This document shows, in pieces, positions 1-11,234 of a stretch of 64,000 nt of DNA. The position numbers and the translations under genes are program-made. The DNA lies in contig JAFTSW010000053.1 in assembly GCA_017467085.1 (NCBI GenBank), forward strand, positions 7,782 through 71,781. Reading direction: 5' to 3'. Below the pieces are notes generated by a model. It made no database searches. It was not told the DNA's origin and saw nothing but the letters and a program-made list of their open reading frames with translations. The stretch comes from Clostridia bacterium. GTDB taxonomy: Bacteria > Bacillota > Clostridia > Oscillospirales > CAG-272. Numbering within the stretch: position 1 is the first letter of the stretch; every line of letters begins with the position of its first letter.

Positions 1-906
1 CTCCAACAGCTTCATAATCAGCGCCATACGGATAAACTTGCCGTTCTTCGCCTGGCGGAAATAGGCGGCGCGGGGGTCCAAATCCACGTCGGTGGTAATC
101 TCGTTGACACGGGGAAGGGGATGGAGAACCACCATATCCTTCTTGGCGAGGGTCATCTTCTCGGGGGTGAGAATGTAGCTGTCACGCAGACGCAGATAGT
201 CCTCCTCGTTGAAGAAGCGCTCCTTCTGTACACGGGTCATATAAAGCACGTCAAGCTCGGACATCGCATCGTCCAGCGAGGTGGTCTGGCGGTAGGGAAT
301 ACCCTTTTCCTTGATGTATTTGTTCTTGACGTAGCTGGGCACCTTCAGCTCCTCGGGGGAGATGAGGACGAAGCGAATGCCTGCGTAACGGGAGAGGGCG
401 GCAATCAGCGAATGCACCGTTCTTCCGAACTTCAGGTCGCCGCAAAGCCCTACCGTCAAGCCCTCGAAGCGTCCAAGCTCACGGCTGATGGTAAAGAGGT
501 CCGTCAGGGTCTGGGTGGGATGAAAGTGACCGCCGTCCCCTGCGTTGATGATGGGAACGTCACTGCGGGACGCCGCCACCAGGGGTGCGCCCTCCTTGGG
601 GTGACGCATAGCGATAATATCGGCATAGCCGCTGACGATGGCGGCGGTATCCGCCACGCTCTCCCCCTTGGCGGCAGAGCTGGAGGACGCCTCCGAAAAG
701 CCAAGCACCTGTCCGCCAAGCTCTAACATTGCCGCCTCAAAGGAAAGACGGGTACGGGTGGAGGGCTCAAAAAACAGGGTCGCCAGCTTCTTGTAACGGC
801 ATTTTTCACGATAGGCGTCGGGGTGGGCAACGATGTCGGACGCCTTAGCAATCAGCCCGTCAATCTCCTCCACCGACAAATCCATGATATCAATCAGGTG
901 CCGCAT
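1..906 (-). CDS. pyrB: aspartate carbamoyltransferase catalytic subunit (C-terminal end cut by the window edge)
   Basis: Absent from the ORF track because it runs off the left edge. Minus-strand translation from the ATG at 906 reads [65 protein letters not shown]. The ATCase motifs STRTR, HPTQ and HPLPR follow further on. ATGA start/stop overlap with pyrE. Confidence 0.9.
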   Translation of the reverse strand, partial: MRHLIDIMDLSVEEIDGLIAKASDIVAHPDAYREKCRYKKLATLFFEPSTRTRLSFEAAMLELGGQVLGFSEASSSSAAKGESVADTAAIVSGYADIIAMRHPKEGAPLVAASRSDVPIINAGDGGHFHPTQTLTDLFTISRELGRFEGLTVGLCGDLKFGRTVHSLIAALSRYAGIRFVLISPEELKVPSYVKNKYIKEKGIPYRQTTSLDDAMSELDVLYMTRVQKERFFNEEDYLRLRDSYILTPEKMTLAKKDMVVLHPLPRVNEITTDVDLDPRAAYFRQAKNGKFIRMALIMKLLE

Positions 907-1556
907 CAGTTTGCTTCTCCCTTAATCCAGCTTTCATCGGAGGGATTGTTGCGGAAGGCAATCAGTCTTGCCACGTCCTCGGGGCGAATGTATTCCTCCT
1001 CGGCGGCGATTTCGGCAATCACGTCGAAGTTGGTGAGGCTTACGTTCTTCACGTTGCTCTCCTCCAAACGGACAAGACCCTTCTTCATACCGTAGGTGAA
1101 GATGCTGACAATGCCCAGCACCTCGGCGCCTGCCTCGCGCAGCACGTTAACAACCTCGATAACGCTGCCGCCCGTGGAAATCAAGTCCTCCACAACCACA
1201 ACCTTCTGTCCCTTCTCCAGGCGACCCTCAATCTGGTTGCCTCTGCCGTGGTCCTTGGCGCCCGAGCGCACGTAGCCCATAGGCAGTCCCATAATGTGGG
1301 CGGTAATGGCGGCGTGGGCAATGCCTGCGGTGGAGGTTCCCATCAGAACCTCAGCCTCGGGATATTCACGCTTGATGGTTTCCGCCAGGGCGTTTTCCAC
1401 GTCGTTGCGGACGGCGGGGCTGGTGAGGGTCAGACGGTTGTCACAGTATACAGGGCTCTTGATGCCGCTTGCCCAGGTAAAGGGCTGGTCGGGGCGGAAA
1501 AATACGGCTCTGATAGAAAGCAAATCCTTGGCAATCAGTTTTTCAATATTGGTCAT
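906..1556 (-). CDS. pyrE: orotate phosphoribosyltransferase
   Basis: ORF 906..1634 trimmed to the internal ATG at 1556 ([10 protein letters not shown]) behind a GGATGG RBS. PRPP-binding motif [13 protein letters not shown]. Confidence 0.88.
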   Translation of the reverse strand: MTNIEKLIAKDLLSIRAVFFRPDQPFTWASGIKSPVYCDNRLTLTSPAVRNDVENALAETIKREYPEAEVLMGTSTAGIAHAAITAHIMGLPMGYVRSGAKDHGRGNQIEGRLEKGQKVVVVEDLISTGGSVIEVVNVLREAGAEVLGIVSIFTYGMKKGLVRLEESNVKNVSLTNFDVIAEIAAEEEYIRPEDVARLIAFRNNPSDESWIKGEAN

Positions 1557-1626
1557 TTCAGTTCCATCCTTTCTTATTATCAAAAGGCGTCCTTTGGAAC
1601 ATAGTGCCTTGGGACGCCAAGCTTTA

Positions 1627-2325
1627 TCAGTCAACGAATTCCGCTACGGCGCGGCGGTAGGCGGCAACGGGGTCAGCGGCGGCGGTGATGGGTCTGCCCA
1701 CCACGATGTAGTCCGAGCCAATCTCCTTTGCCTTCTCGGGGGTGGTGATACGTACCTGGTCGCCTACGTCCCCACCCGCAAAGCGCACGCCGGGGGTGAC
1801 GGTCAAAAAGTCCTTGCCGCAAACGGTATGGACCTTTTCAGCCTCCAAGGGAGAGCAAACAACGCCGTCAAGTCCCGCGCGCTTGGCGTTCTCGGCGTAG
1901 TGCATGACCACCTTGTCCAGAGGCTCGTGAATGAGAAGGTCCTCCTCCATACGCTCCTGGCTGGTAGAGGTCAGCTGGGTCACGGCGATAAGCAAGGGAC
2001 GGGTGCCATCGGGACGGGTCAAGCCCTCAAGCGCCGCCTCCATCATAGAGATGGTGCCTGCGGCGTGCAGGTTGCACATATCCACGTCCAAGGAGGACAG
2101 AACACGCATAGCGCTCTTAACCGTGTTGGGAATATCGTGCAGCTTCAAATCCAAGAAAATCTTGTGACCTCTTCTTTTGATTTCACGCACGATGTCGGGG
2201 CCTGCTCCGTAGAACAGCTCCATACCGATTTTTACGTAGGGCTTTTCTTCCTTGAACAAATCAAGAAACTCGAAAACTCTTTCCTTGCTGGGAAAATCGC
2301 AAGCAATAATAACGTCCTTACCCAT
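1627..2325 (-). CDS. pyrF: orotidine-5'-phosphate decarboxylase
   Basis: ORF 1627..2349 trimmed to the ATG at 2325 ([11 protein letters not shown]) behind a [20 protein letters not shown] motif. Confidence 0.88.
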   Translation of the reverse strand: MGKDVIIACDFPSKERVFEFLDLFKEEKPYVKIGMELFYGAGPDIVREIKRRGHKIFLDLKLHDIPNTVKSAMRVLSSLDVDMCNLHAAGTISMMEAALEGLTRPDGTRPLLIAVTQLTSTSQERMEEDLLIHEPLDKVVMHYAENAKRAGLDGVVCSPLEAEKVHTVCGKDFLTVTPGVRFAGGDVGDQVRITTPEKAKEIGSDYIVVGRPITAAADPVAAYRRAVAEFVD

Positions 2326-3232
2326 GGGCACCTCCAATAATATCCTCAAGATTTTGTATGCCGTATTTTTCCATAGCGGCAGGCAACGCCGCTACAATGT
2401 CCCGCGAGGCGTAGGGATTCACAAGGTTTGCCGCCCCTACCTCCACGGCTCTTGCCCCTGCCAGCATCATTTCAATCACCTGCTCGGCAGAGGAGATGCC
2501 GCCCATACCGATAATCGGAATGGAAACGGCTTCGTACACCTGGTACACACAGCGAAGCGCCACGGGGAAAATGGCGTCCCCTGAGAAGCCGCCCATCTTG
2601 TTGGCAACCACAGGACGCCGACGGGCAATATCGATGCGCATACCCAAAAGGGTGTTAATCATCGTCAGTCCGTCCGCACCCTCTGCCTCGCACGCCTTGG
2701 CGATAGACACGATGTCGGTGACGTTGGGGCTGAGCTTAATGTAAACGGGCTTTTTGGAAACCGCCTTGACACGGGCGGTGATTTCCGCCGCGCTTTCGGG
2801 AGAGCTTCCGAAGTTGACGCCACCCGCGTGCAGGTTGGGGCAGCTGATGTTGACCTCCAAAAGCCCTACCTGCTCCTCCTCGGAGAGGCGTGCCGCTACC
2901 TCGGCGTATTCCTCGGGGGAAAAGCCGCAGACGTTGGCGATAACGGGCTTATGGAAGCAGGCTTTAAGCTTGGGAAGCTCCTCGGTGACCACCTTTTCCA
3001 GTCCCGGGTTTTGCAGTCCGACGCTGTTAATCATACCCGAGGGACACTCGGCGATACGGGGCGTGGGGTTGCCGAAGCGAGGCTCCCTTGTGGTGCCCTT
3101 GAAGGAAAAGCTGCCCAGGCAGTTGATATCGTACAGCTCGGCAAACTCATAGCCGTAGCCAAAGGTGCCGCTGGCAGGGATAATGGGGTTGTCAAGCACC
3201 CAAGAGCCCAGGGAAACAGAGGTTTTTACCAT
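2318..3232 (-). CDS. pyrD: dihydroorotate dehydrogenase, class 1B catalytic subunit
   Basis: 304 aa with class 1 DHODH motifs (NISCPN active-site Cys, GGISS). Preceded by and overlapping a PyrK-type subunit gene. Confidence 0.9.
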   Translation of the reverse strand: MVKTSVSLGSWVLDNPIIPASGTFGYGYEFAELYDINCLGSFSFKGTTREPRFGNPTPRIAECPSGMINSVGLQNPGLEKVVTEELPKLKACFHKPVIANVCGFSPEEYAEVAARLSEEEQVGLLEVNISCPNLHAGGVNFGSSPESAAEITARVKAVSKKPVYIKLSPNVTDIVSIAKACEAEGADGLTMINTLLGMRIDIARRRPVVANKMGGFSGDAIFPVALRCVYQVYEAVSIPIIGMGGISSAEQVIEMMLAGARAVEVGAANLVNPYASRDIVAALPAAMEKYGIQNLEDIIGGAHG

Positions 3233-3954
3233 AGGATTTCTCCTTTCCGCATCACGGGGCCTTCCTTGCAGATGCGCTTGTAGCCCGTCAGTGTCTTGCA
3301 GGAGCAGCCCATACAGGCGCCAAAGCCGCAGCCCATTCTTTCCTCAAAGCTCAGCTGACCGTCCGTTTCGGTGGCACGATGCACCGCCTTCAGCATCGGC
3401 TCGGGGCCGCAGGTGTAAAAGTGGGTGTAGTGCGAGGGAAGGGCATCGGTGACGAAGCCTTGCTGTCCGTAGCTTCCGTCTACCGTGGTGACGGTAACGG
3501 CAGCGCCCAGAGCCTCAAACTCCTTCTCGTAGAAAACCTCCTCCTTGGTGTTGAAGCCAAGGATAACAGTGGGGCGCTTGCCCTGCTGGATAAGCTCCTT
3601 GCAGAGCAAATACAGGGGCGGCACGCCGACGCCACCGCCCAAAAGCAGGGGCGCCTCGCCCGAAAGGGAGGTGTCGTAGCCGTTGCCAAGCCCCGTCAGA
3701 ATATCCAAACGGGTGCCCTTTTCGTAGGCAGCCATCTTCTCGGTGCCACCGCCTACCACCTTGTAAACAATAGTTAACATTCCATCTGCTCTGTCGCAGA
3801 CGGAGATGGGACGGCGCAAAAAGCTGCCGTCCAGCTTAAGGTTGACGAACTGCCCGGGGGCGGTGATGGCAGAGGTATCGCCGAGAAGGGTCATCTTATA
3901 GACCTTTTTGGCGATTTGCACGTTTTCGTCAACGGTGAAAAAAGACTGTTGCAT
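3226..3954 (-). CDS. pyrK: dihydroorotate dehydrogenase electron-transfer subunit
   Basis: 242 aa. Ferredoxin-reductase-like RRPISV motif and C-terminal 2Fe-2S cysteine cluster CGFGACMGCSC. 7-nt overlap with pyrD. Confidence 0.85.
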   Translation of the reverse strand: MQQSFFTVDENVQIAKKVYKMTLLGDTSAITAPGQFVNLKLDGSFLRRPISVCDRADGMLTIVYKVVGGGTEKMAAYEKGTRLDILTGLGNGYDTSLSGEAPLLLGGGVGVPPLYLLCKELIQQGKRPTVILGFNTKEEVFYEKEFEALGAAVTVTTVDGSYGQQGFVTDALPSHYTHFYTCGPEPMLKAVHRATETDGQLSFEERMGCGFGACMGCSCKTLTGYKRICKEGPVMRKGEILW

Positions 3955-3973
3955 GGTGCTTCCTTTACGTATA

Positions 3974-6900
3974 TTAGCTGTCGATGGTAGAGATGCAGAG
4001 GGTGGTTTCCTCCAGAACGTCTAAAACCGTTGCAACCGTATCCAGGGAGGTGAAGATATTCACGTTGTTTTCGGTGGCAAGGCGGCGAATCTGGTGACCG
4101 TCATTCTCGGCGTGCTCAGAGCCGCCCAACATACTGGTATTCACGATGTACGCGATATAGCCCTGGCGAATGGCGTCGGCAATTTCCTCGCTGCCGTCGC
4201 TGATTTTGCCCAGAATGTGGGTGCGGATGCCGTTAGCCTTCAAAAATTCGCCCGTACCCTTGGTTGCCTGGATGTTGAAGCCCAGGTTATAGAAGCGGCG
4301 CACCAAGGGGAGAGCCTCCTCCTTGTCGCAGTCGGCAACCGTGACGAACACGGTACCGTAGTTTTGCAGCTTCATACCCGATGCCTGCAACGCCTTGTAC
4401 ATCGCGCGGTAATGCTTGTCGTCATAGCCGATAGCCTCGCCCGTGGATTTCATTTCGGGAGAGAGGTATGCGTCAAGCCCTCTGATTTCGTTGAAGGAGA
4501 AAACGGGAACCTTTACGTACCAGCGCTTCTTTTCCTCGGGGTAGATATCGAAGATGCCTAACTCCTTCAGGCTCTTGCCGAGGATAACCTCGGTGGCGAT
4601 GTCCGCCAAGCTGTAGCCCGTTGCCTTGGAAAGGAAGGGAACGGTACGGGAGGAACGGGGGTTCACCTCGATGATATAGACGTTCTCGTTCTTGTCTACG
4701 ATAAACTGGATGTTGTAAAGTCCTACGATGCCAATGCCAAGACCCAGCTTCTTTGCGTATTGCAGGATAATGCCCTTGACCTTGTCGGAGATGCTGAAGG
4801 GAGGATATACGCTGATGGAGTCGCCCGAGTGAATACCCGTGCGCTCTACAAGCTCCATAATGCCGGGGACGAATACGTTGCGTCCGTCGCAAATGGCGTC
4901 AACCTCCACCTCCTTGCCCACAATGTATTTGTCTACCAATACGGGCTTGTCCTCGTCGATTTCAACGGCGGTTTTCAGATAGTGGCGCAGCTGTGCCTCG
5001 CCGCCTACAATTTGCATCGCGCGGCCGCCCAGTACAAAGCTGGGACGCACAAGCACGGGATAGCCGATTTTGGCAGCGGCGGCAACGCCGTCCTCAATGC
5101 AGGTCACGGCGCAGCCGTTGGGTTGGGGAATGTTCAGGTCCTTCAGAATTTTCTCGAAGGCGTCCCGGTTCTCGGCTCTCTCAATAGCGTCGCAGTCGGT
5201 GCCGATGAGCTTGACGCCGTGGCGCATTAAGGGCTCTGCCAGGTTGATGGCGGTCTGACCGCCCAGGGAGGCGATAACGCCGTCGGGCTTTTCGAACTTG
5301 ATGATGTTCATCACATCCTCCACCGTCAGAGGCTCAAAGTAGAGCTTGTCCGCCGTGGTGAAGTCGGTGGAAACCGTTTCGGGGTTGTTGTTGATGATAA
5401 TGGCCTCGTAGCCCGATTTCTTGATGGTCTGCACGGCGTGGACGGTGGAATAGTCAAATTCCACACCCTGGCCGATACGGATGGGGCCCGCGCCCAATAC
5501 CACAATCTTCTTTTTGTCTGCCATTCTTACCTGGGTTTCGCCCATATAAGAGGAGTAGAAGTAGGGAATGTAGGCGTTTGTATGGCAGGTGTCTACCATA
5601 CGGAAGGCAGGGAACATTCCCTCCTTCTCACGCAGGTCGAAGATTTCTCTTTCCGTCTTGCCCCAGAGCTTGGCAATATACTTGTCCGAGAAGCCCATGC
5701 TCTTGGCGGCGTAAAGCGTCCGCAGGTCGCCCTTCTTTTCGGAGAGAATGGCTTCCATTTGAACGATTTGCCCGATTGCTTCTAAGAAAAGCTCGGTGAT
5801 GGCGGTGATGCGGTGCAGCTCCTCTACCGAGTGACCGCGGCGCATAAGCTCCGCCACGGCGTAGAGGGTATCGTCACGGTATACCGTGATGTAGGAGAGA
5901 AGCTCCTCGTCGGTCTTCTCGTCAAATTTCTTCATCCAAAGGTGGCAAACGCCGATTTCCAGGGAGCGCACGGATTTGAGCATACACTCGGTTAAGGTGG
6001 AGCCGATGCCCATTACCTCGCCCGTTGCCTTCATCTGGGTGCCTAACTTATTGGTAGCGGAGGCAAACTTGTCGAAGGGGAAGCGGGGGAACTTTGCCAC
6101 GATATAGTCCAAGCGGGGCTCGAAGGCGGCACTGGTGTTGGCAACCTTGATTTCGTCTAAGGTCATACCCACGGCAACCTTGGCGGTGACACGGGCGATA
6201 GGATAGCCCGATGCCTTGGAGGCAAGGGCGGAGGAACGGGACACACGGGGGTTGACCTCAATCAGATAGTATTCGCTGGAGTTGGGGTTCAAGGCAAACT
6301 GCACGTTACAGCCGCCCTCAATCTTTAACTCACGGATAAGCTTGATGGCGCTGTCGTTCAGCATCTTCATATCCTTCTCGGAGAGAGAAAGAATGGGCGC
6401 AACCACCACCGAGTCGCCTGTATGGACGCCAACGGGGTCAACGTTTTCCATACCGCAGATGGTGATGGCGTTGTCAGCGGCGTCGCGCATAACCTCAAAC
6501 TCAATTTCCTTATAGCCCTTGACGCTCTTTTCAATCAGCACCTGGTGAACGGGGGAGAGCTTGAAGGCGTTGATGCCTATCTCAAGCAGCTCCTCCTCGT
6601 TGTTGGCAAAGCCGCCGCCCGTGCCGCCCAGGGTGAAGGCGGGACGCAGCACAACGGGGTAGCCGATTCTCTCGGCTGCCGCCTTAGCCTCCTCTAAGGA
6701 GTAGGTGATTTCCGAGGGGATAACGGGCTCGCCGATGGACTGGCAAAGCTCCTTGAACAGCTCTCTGTCCTCGGCACGCTCGATGCTCTCGCTGCCCGTG
6801 CCTAAAAGCTCTACGTTACATTCGGCAAGGACGCCCTTTTTCTCTAACTGCATAGCCAGGTTCAGACCCGTCTGTCCGCCGATGCCGGGGACGATGGCGT

Positions 6901-7150
6901 CAGGACGCTCGTAGCGAAGGATTTTTGCCACGTATTCCAGCGTCAGCGGCTCCATATACACCTTGTCGGCAATAGAGGTGTCGGTCATAATGGTGGCAGG
7001 GTTGGAGTTCACCAGCACCACCTCGTAGCCCTCCTCCTTCAATGCCAGACACGCCTGGGTGCCCGCATAGTCGAATTCAGCCGCCTGCCCGATAACGATA
7101 GGGCCGGAGCCGATAATGAGAATTTTTTTCAGGTCTGTTCTTTTTGGCAT
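3974..7150 (-). CDS. carB: carbamoyl-phosphate synthase large subunit
   Basis: 1058 aa. N-terminus MPKRTDLKKILIIGSGPIVIGQAAEFDYAGTQA, duplicated ATP-grasp halves (second half KKIVVLGAGPIRIGQGVEFDY), MGS-like C-terminus. Confidence 0.95.
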   Translation of the reverse strand: MPKRTDLKKILIIGSGPIVIGQAAEFDYAGTQACLALKEEGYEVVLVNSNPATIMTDTSIADKVYMEPLTLEYVAKILRYERPDAIVPGIGGQTGLNLAMQLEKKGVLAECNVELLGTGSESIERAEDRELFKELCQSIGEPVIPSEITYSLEEAKAAAERIGYPVVLRPAFTLGGTGGGFANNEEELLEIGINAFKLSPVHQVLIEKSVKGYKEIEFEVMRDAADNAITICGMENVDPVGVHTGDSVVVAPILSLSEKDMKMLNDSAIKLIRELKIEGGCNVQFALNPNSSEYYLIEVNPRVSRSSALASKASGYPIARVTAKVAVGMTLDEIKVANTSAAFEPRLDYIVAKFPRFPFDKFASATNKLGTQMKATGEVMGIGSTLTECMLKSVRSLEIGVCHLWMKKFDEKTDEELLSYITVYRDDTLYAVAELMRRGHSVEELHRITAITELFLEAIGQIVQMEAILSEKKGDLRTLYAAKSMGFSDKYIAKLWGKTEREIFDLREKEGMFPAFRMVDTCHTNAYIPYFYSSYMGETQVRMADKKKIVVLGAGPIRIGQGVEFDYSTVHAVQTIKKSGYEAIIINNNPETVSTDFTTADKLYFEPLTVEDVMNIIKFEKPDGVIASLGGQTAINLAEPLMRHGVKLIGTDCDAIERAENRDAFEKILKDLNIPQPNGCAVTCIEDGVAAAAKIGYPVLVRPSFVLGGRAMQIVGGEAQLRHYLKTAVEIDEDKPVLVDKYIVGKEVEVDAICDGRNVFVPGIMELVERTGIHSGDSISVYPPFSISDKVKGIILQYAKKLGLGIGIVGLYNIQFIVDKNENVYIIEVNPRSSRTVPFLSKATGYSLADIATEVILGKSLKELGIFDIYPEEKKRWYVKVPVFSFNEIRGLDAYLSPEMKSTGEAIGYDDKHYRAMYKALQASGMKLQNYGTVFVTVADCDKEEALPLVRRFYNLGFNIQATKGTGEFLKANGIRTHILGKISDGSEEIADAIRQGYIAYIVNTSMLGGSEHAENDGHQIRRLATENNVNIFTSLDTVATVLDVLEETTLCISTIDS

Positions 7151-7209
7151 AGTAGTTGCTACCTTTCTTGCAATATGTGCATTCCTCGCATAGGCAAGGA
7201 GAATTTTTA

Positions 7210-8391
7210 TCAGAAAATGGGCTTTCCCTTGTAGACGGTGAGAATGTGCCGCCCGTAGACCTCCCTGCCCGCAAAGGGTGTGGCGCGTCCGAGGGTGCGG
7301 AATTCGTCGGGGTTGACGGTGTAGGCGGCGTTCAAATCCCAGAGGGAGAAGCCGTCAAGGGGAAGGGAGAAGCGGCGGTGCGGGTTGACGCTCATCAGCT
7401 CTACAAGCCTTTCCAAGGAAATGACGCCCGTTTTGACAAGCTCTGTGTATAGGACGGGAAAGGCGGTTTCCAATCCCACAACGCCCATAGCGCTCTTTTC
7501 CAAGCCCCTTGCCTTTTCCTCGGCACTGTGGGGCGCGTGGTCGGTGGCAATCATATCGATGGTGCCGTCCTGAATGCCGAGAAGCAGCGCCTCTCTGTCC
7601 TCACGGGAGCGCAGGGGGGGATTCATCTTGAAGCGCCCGTCCTCTTCCAAATCGTTCTCGTCCAGAACCAGGTAATGGGGGGCGGTTTCGGCAGTGATGT
7701 CAAGCCCCTCCGCCTTGGCGGCGCGGATAATGGCAACGCTCTCCTTGGTGGATACGTGGCAGATATGCTCGGAGGCGCCCGTCTTGCGAAGCAGGGCAAC
7801 GTCCCTTGCAATCTGCTCATACTCGCTGGCGGAGCAAATGCCGCGATGCCCGTGGGCTTTGGCGTAGGCGCCGTCGTGAATATAGCCGCCGTGCAAGAGG
7901 CTGTTGACCTCACAGTGGGCAACGATAAGCTTGCCAAGCGCCTTGGCCTTTTCCATTGCGCTCTCCATCAGCCCATCGTTCTGCACGCCGCGCCCGTCAT
8001 CCGAGAAGCCCGCCACGTACGGCGCCATCGCCTCCATATCCGAAAGCCGCTCACCCTTTTGCTCACAGGTGATGGAGCCGTAGGGGTAGACGCTGACTTG
8101 CGCGTCCCTTTCGAGGATGGCTCTTTGCGCCTCTAAGTGGGCAAGGGAGTCGGGGACGGGGGAAAGGTTGGGCATAGAGCAAACGGCGGTGTAGCCGCCC
8201 TTTGCCGCGGCGGCGGTGCCGCTTGCCACCGTTTCCTTATAAGAAAAACCCGGCTCTCGCAAATGCACGTGAACATCTGCAAAACCGGGCAAAATAACAA
8301 ATTGATGAAAGGGAATAACGGAAAGACAATTTTTGGAGATAGAAACGGTGTGCAACAGCTCCTCCAGCATCGTCTTGTCCAAAACCTGCAT
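7210..8391 (-). CDS. pyrC: dihydroorotase
   Basis: Metal-binding DVHVHLREPG and ATDHAPH motifs. The ORF-track start at 8421 is a TTG with no RBS. The ATG at 8391 (MQVLDK) follows GGGGA with 6-nt spacing. Confidence 0.85.
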   Translation of the reverse strand: MQVLDKTMLEELLHTVSISKNCLSVIPFHQFVILPGFADVHVHLREPGFSYKETVASGTAAAAKGGYTAVCSMPNLSPVPDSLAHLEAQRAILERDAQVSVYPYGSITCEQKGERLSDMEAMAPYVAGFSDDGRGVQNDGLMESAMEKAKALGKLIVAHCEVNSLLHGGYIHDGAYAKAHGHRGICSASEYEQIARDVALLRKTGASEHICHVSTKESVAIIRAAKAEGLDITAETAPHYLVLDENDLEEDGRFKMNPPLRSREDREALLLGIQDGTIDMIATDHAPHSAEEKARGLEKSAMGVVGLETAFPVLYTELVKTGVISLERLVELMSVNPHRRFSLPLDGFSLWDLNAAYTVNPDEFRTLGRATPFAGREVYGRHILTVYKGKPIF

Positions 8392-8449
8392 AACGCATCC
8401 CCAATCTATCAGAATTTTCAAAGCATATAGGCTTTTTACGCCTTATTAA

Positions 8450-8478
8450 AGTATACACTATTACGGCGATTTTGTCAA
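8450..8478 (-). promoter_or_regulatory. candidate sigma-A promoter of the pyr operon
   Basis: Minus strand reads TTGACA, a 17-nt spacer, then TG-extended TATACT, about 60 nt upstream of the pyrC ATG. Confidence 0.45.
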
Positions 8479-8602
8479 GAAAAAAGCCGAAAAAATCCTA
8501 CCTTTTTTTTATTATATAAAAGAGGCAGGCAGAGGCGGCGAAAAGAGGACGCTTCATAGGAAAGAGAATGAGGCGAAAGCCAAGTGCGCCGCTTCCGCAA
8601 AT

Positions 8603-8633
8603 GAGCGCAAAAACGAATGCCGTTTTTGCGCTC
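8603..8633. terminator. stem-loop downstream of copZ
   Basis: Perfect 13-bp stem gagcgcaaaaacg / cgtttttgcgctc with a 5-nt loop, 12 nt after the copZ stop. The U-tract on the minus strand is weak. Confidence 0.5.
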
Positions 8634-8644
8634 ACGCTATTCCG

Positions 8645-8839
8645 TTATTGAATCATGGTAGGCTCAAAGCCCAAATCCTCTAAAAGCTCCATGACGGTGG
8701 GAGCATCCGTTTCGCTTTCCACGGCAACGGTTTTTTCCTTCAAATTGATGAAGGCGTGCATCTTTTCCGCCTCAAATGCAGCCTCGATGCGCTTGACACA
8801 CATTTCACAATGCATGCCCTCGACCTTAAAAATGTGCAT
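8645..8839 (-). CDS. copZ: heavy-metal-associated (HMA) copper chaperone
   Basis: 64 aa from the ATG at 8839 (MHIFKVEGMHCEMCVKRIE) with a GMHCxxC metal-binding motif and GAGGTTGG RBS. Lies directly downstream of copA. Confidence 0.8.
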   Translation of the reverse strand: MHIFKVEGMHCEMCVKRIEAAFEAEKMHAFINLKEKTVAVESETDAPTVMELLEDLGFEPTMIQ

Positions 8840-8875
8840 GATATCAACCAACCTCACTATATATAATACTGTTTT

Positions 8876-11128
8876 TTAACGGGAGGATAAGCGCCGCCGC
8901 CCCAGTGACAGGGCGTTGCTCAGCACGAACAGAGAGCTGAAGCACATAGCGGCAGCTCCCACCATCGGGGAGAGCAAAAAGCCAAGGGGGTATAGCGCCC
9001 CTGCGGCGACGGGAATACAAAGGGCGTTATAGAAAAATGCCCAAAAGAGATTTTGCCGAATGTTGCGGACGGTGAGCTTTGAGAGGGTCAACGCCTCGCA
9101 CACCCCGAAAAGGGACTCGTTCAAAAGCACGATATCGGCGCTTTGCATAGCAATATCGGTGCCGCCGCCCAAGGCGCAGCCCACGTCTGCCGATGCTAAG
9201 GAGGGGGCGTCATTGACGCCATCGCCGACCATTATAACACATTTGTTTTGGTTTTGCAAGCCCTTTATATAAAAAGTTTTTTCTTCGGGAAGAACCTCGG
9301 CGCAGAAATCGGTAATGCCCAATTCCTTAGCGGCGCAGGCGGCGGCAGGACGGGAGTCCCCCGACAAAAGATGCACCGAAATGCCTGCCCCTTGCAGACG
9401 GGCAACCGCCTCCTTGGCGTCGGGCTTTAAGGGGTCGCGGATGGCGAAAACCCCAAGCGCCGCGCCCTTCTCCGCCAGGTAGACCAAAGCGGCGCCCTCC
9501 TCTGCCTCCGCTCTTGCCGCCTCGGCAAGAGAGTCGGGAAGGGACACACCCTGCTCGGAAAGCAGGCGCTCGTTGCCTAAGAGAAGGGAGGAGCCCTCCT
9601 CCCATTCCGCCAACAGTCCCTTACCGCCAAAGGAGGTGACCCTTTGGGGAAGCGGATGGGCGGGGGCGCCGTCTTGGGCGGCAAGCGCCTTGATAGCCAA
9701 GGACAGAGGGTGGGTGGAGGTTTCCTCCGCCGCGGCGGCACGGGCAAGCAGCGCCTCTCTTTGCGCCTCGGCGTCCTCCCTCAGCAAAAAGCGGTGAACG
9801 GCAGGGCGACCCTGGGTCAGCGTCCCCGTTTTGTCAAAGACGGCGGTGTCTACACGGCACGCCGTTTCCAGCGCCTCGCCGCTGCGAATGAGAATACCGT
9901 GCTTGGCGCCAAGCCCCGTTCCGACGGCAACCGCCGTGGGGGTGGCAAGACCCATCGCGCAGGGACAGGCAATTACCAAAACCGAGGTGAAAATACGAAG
10001 GGCAAAGCCAACGCCCTTGCCGAGAATCAGCCATAGCACCCCTGCCAAGAGGGCAATCAGAAGCACCGCGGGAACGAAAACGCCCGCGATTTTATCGGCG
10101 GCACGGGCAATAGGGGGCTTTTTCTCCTGGGCGTCCTCCACGAAGCGGATGATGGAGGAAAGGGTGGTATCCTCCCCCAAGCGCTCTACCGAAAGAGTCA
10201 GGGAGCCCGAAACCAGAACGGCGCCCGCTACGGCGGCGTCCCCCTCCGCCTTGTGAACGGGAAGGCTCTCTCCCGTCAGCATAGACTCGTCAACACCGCC
10301 CTCCCCCGAAAGGACGCGGGCGTCTGCGGGGATGCGCTCCCCCGTGCGAACCAGAAGGGTGTCGCCTACTTGCAAGGCGGAAAGGGGAAGCTCCTCCAAA
10401 AGCCCGTCCTCACGAACAACGCGTGCCGTGTCGGGCAAAAGCGCCGCCAAGGCGCGAATGGCGCCCGCCGTTTTCTTTTTGCCGCGCTCCTCCAACGCCT
10501 TGCCAAGGGAAACTAAGGCAACCACTATAGCGGCAGACTCATAGTAAAGCCCCATCACAAGGGAGGGGTCCTTCGGTAAAAGCAGGGTCAGCACGAAGCT
10601 GTAAATAAAGGAAGCAAGGCTACCGAGCGCCACCAGCGTATCCATATTGGGCGCAAGGCGCAGAGCGGCGGTAATCCCGCTTTTATAACGGGAAAAGCCA
10701 AGCCCCATCACCAGAAGCGCCAGCACCATCTGGGTATAGGCGTAGACAAGAGGGGAGGTGGCAGGGGCGAGAAAGGCGGGAAGAGGCGCGCGAAGCAGCA
10801 TATGCCCCATAGAGAGATAGAGGAGAAGGAGGGAAAGTGCCAGGGAGAGAATCAATCGCCCGTGAACCTGCCAGAGGGAGGGCGCCTTGGGGGGCGCCGC
10901 CTTTTCCCTTGCCTCCGTCATCAAAATGGCGGTGAAGCCTGCTCTTCTGACTCTTGCGGCAATTCTGGCGGAGGAGGTGACTCCCTCGTCAAAGGAAACG
11001 CGCATTTTTTCGGTAATCAGGTTGACGGAGCAGTCAGACACCCCCGCCTCCCGACGCACTGCCTTTTCTACGGCGGCACTGCAAGCGGCGCAGTGCATAC
11101 CCTCAATGCGGAAAAGCTCTTCTTTCAT
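8876..11128 (-). CDS. copA: copper-translocating P1B-type ATPase
   Basis: N-terminal HMA domain (GMHCAACS), CPC motif in a TM helix ([11 protein letters not shown]), DKTGTLT phosphorylation site, GDGVNDAP hinge. Start taken at [10 protein letters not shown]. Confidence 0.9.
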   Translation of the reverse strand: MKEELFRIEGMHCAACSAAVEKAVRREAGVSDCSVNLITEKMRVSFDEGVTSSARIAARVRRAGFTAILMTEAREKAAPPKAPSLWQVHGRLILSLALSLLLLYLSMGHMLLRAPLPAFLAPATSPLVYAYTQMVLALLVMGLGFSRYKSGITAALRLAPNMDTLVALGSLASFIYSFVLTLLLPKDPSLVMGLYYESAAIVVALVSLGKALEERGKKKTAGAIRALAALLPDTARVVREDGLLEELPLSALQVGDTLLVRTGERIPADARVLSGEGGVDESMLTGESLPVHKAEGDAAVAGAVLVSGSLTLSVERLGEDTTLSSIIRFVEDAQEKKPPIARAADKIAGVFVPAVLLIALLAGVLWLILGKGVGFALRIFTSVLVIACPCAMGLATPTAVAVGTGLGAKHGILIRSGEALETACRVDTAVFDKTGTLTQGRPAVHRFLLREDAEAQREALLARAAAAEETSTHPLSLAIKALAAQDGAPAHPLPQRVTSFGGKGLLAEWEEGSSLLLGNERLLSEQGVSLPDSLAEAARAEAEEGAALVYLAEKGAALGVFAIRDPLKPDAKEAVARLQGAGISVHLLSGDSRPAAACAAKELGITDFCAEVLPEEKTFYIKGLQNQNKCVIMVGDGVNDAPSLASADVGCALGGGTDIAMQSADIVLLNESLFGVCEALTLSKLTVRNIRQNLFWAFFYNALCIPVAAGALYPLGFLLSPMVGAAAMCFSSLFVLSNALSLGRRRLSSR

Positions 11129-11234
11129 AAAAAATCCTGTTGCCCCCACTTGGAGGCATCCTTTCTACGGCGCAAAGCGCCAGGACGGGTACCTGCAAGA
11201 CAGGCGCCCGAAATGTAAACAATTCTTTACGTGT

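Noticed and set aside
1294-2340. Long antisense ORFs opposite well-supported genes. Examples: 1294..2340 +, 121..726 +, 12642..13589 -, 19114..20298 -, 22631..23395 +, 29089..30141 +, 50724..51764 +, 52592..53674 +, 61414..62379 -, 62748..63806 -.
   Set aside because: They overlap genes with strong motif support on the other strand, lack RBSs, and have low-complexity Arg/Gly/Ala/Leu-rich translations. These are typical shadow ORFs in GC-rich DNA.
8392-8421. The ORF-track start of pyrC at 8421, and similarly extended starts for pyrE (1634), pyrF (2349), copA (11149), the aldolase (24130) and the membrane protein (60778).
   Set aside because: The extended N-termini begin at codons without an RBS (a TTG in the pyrC case, which I verified) and add non-conserved residues. 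Internal ATGs with GGAGG-type RBSs match the expected family N-termini.
8392-8640. A PyrR-binding attenuator upstream of the pyr operon.
   Set aside because: I could not find the conserved PyrR binding-loop sequence (UCCAGAGAGG-like) or alternative terminator/antiterminator hairpins in the short leader.
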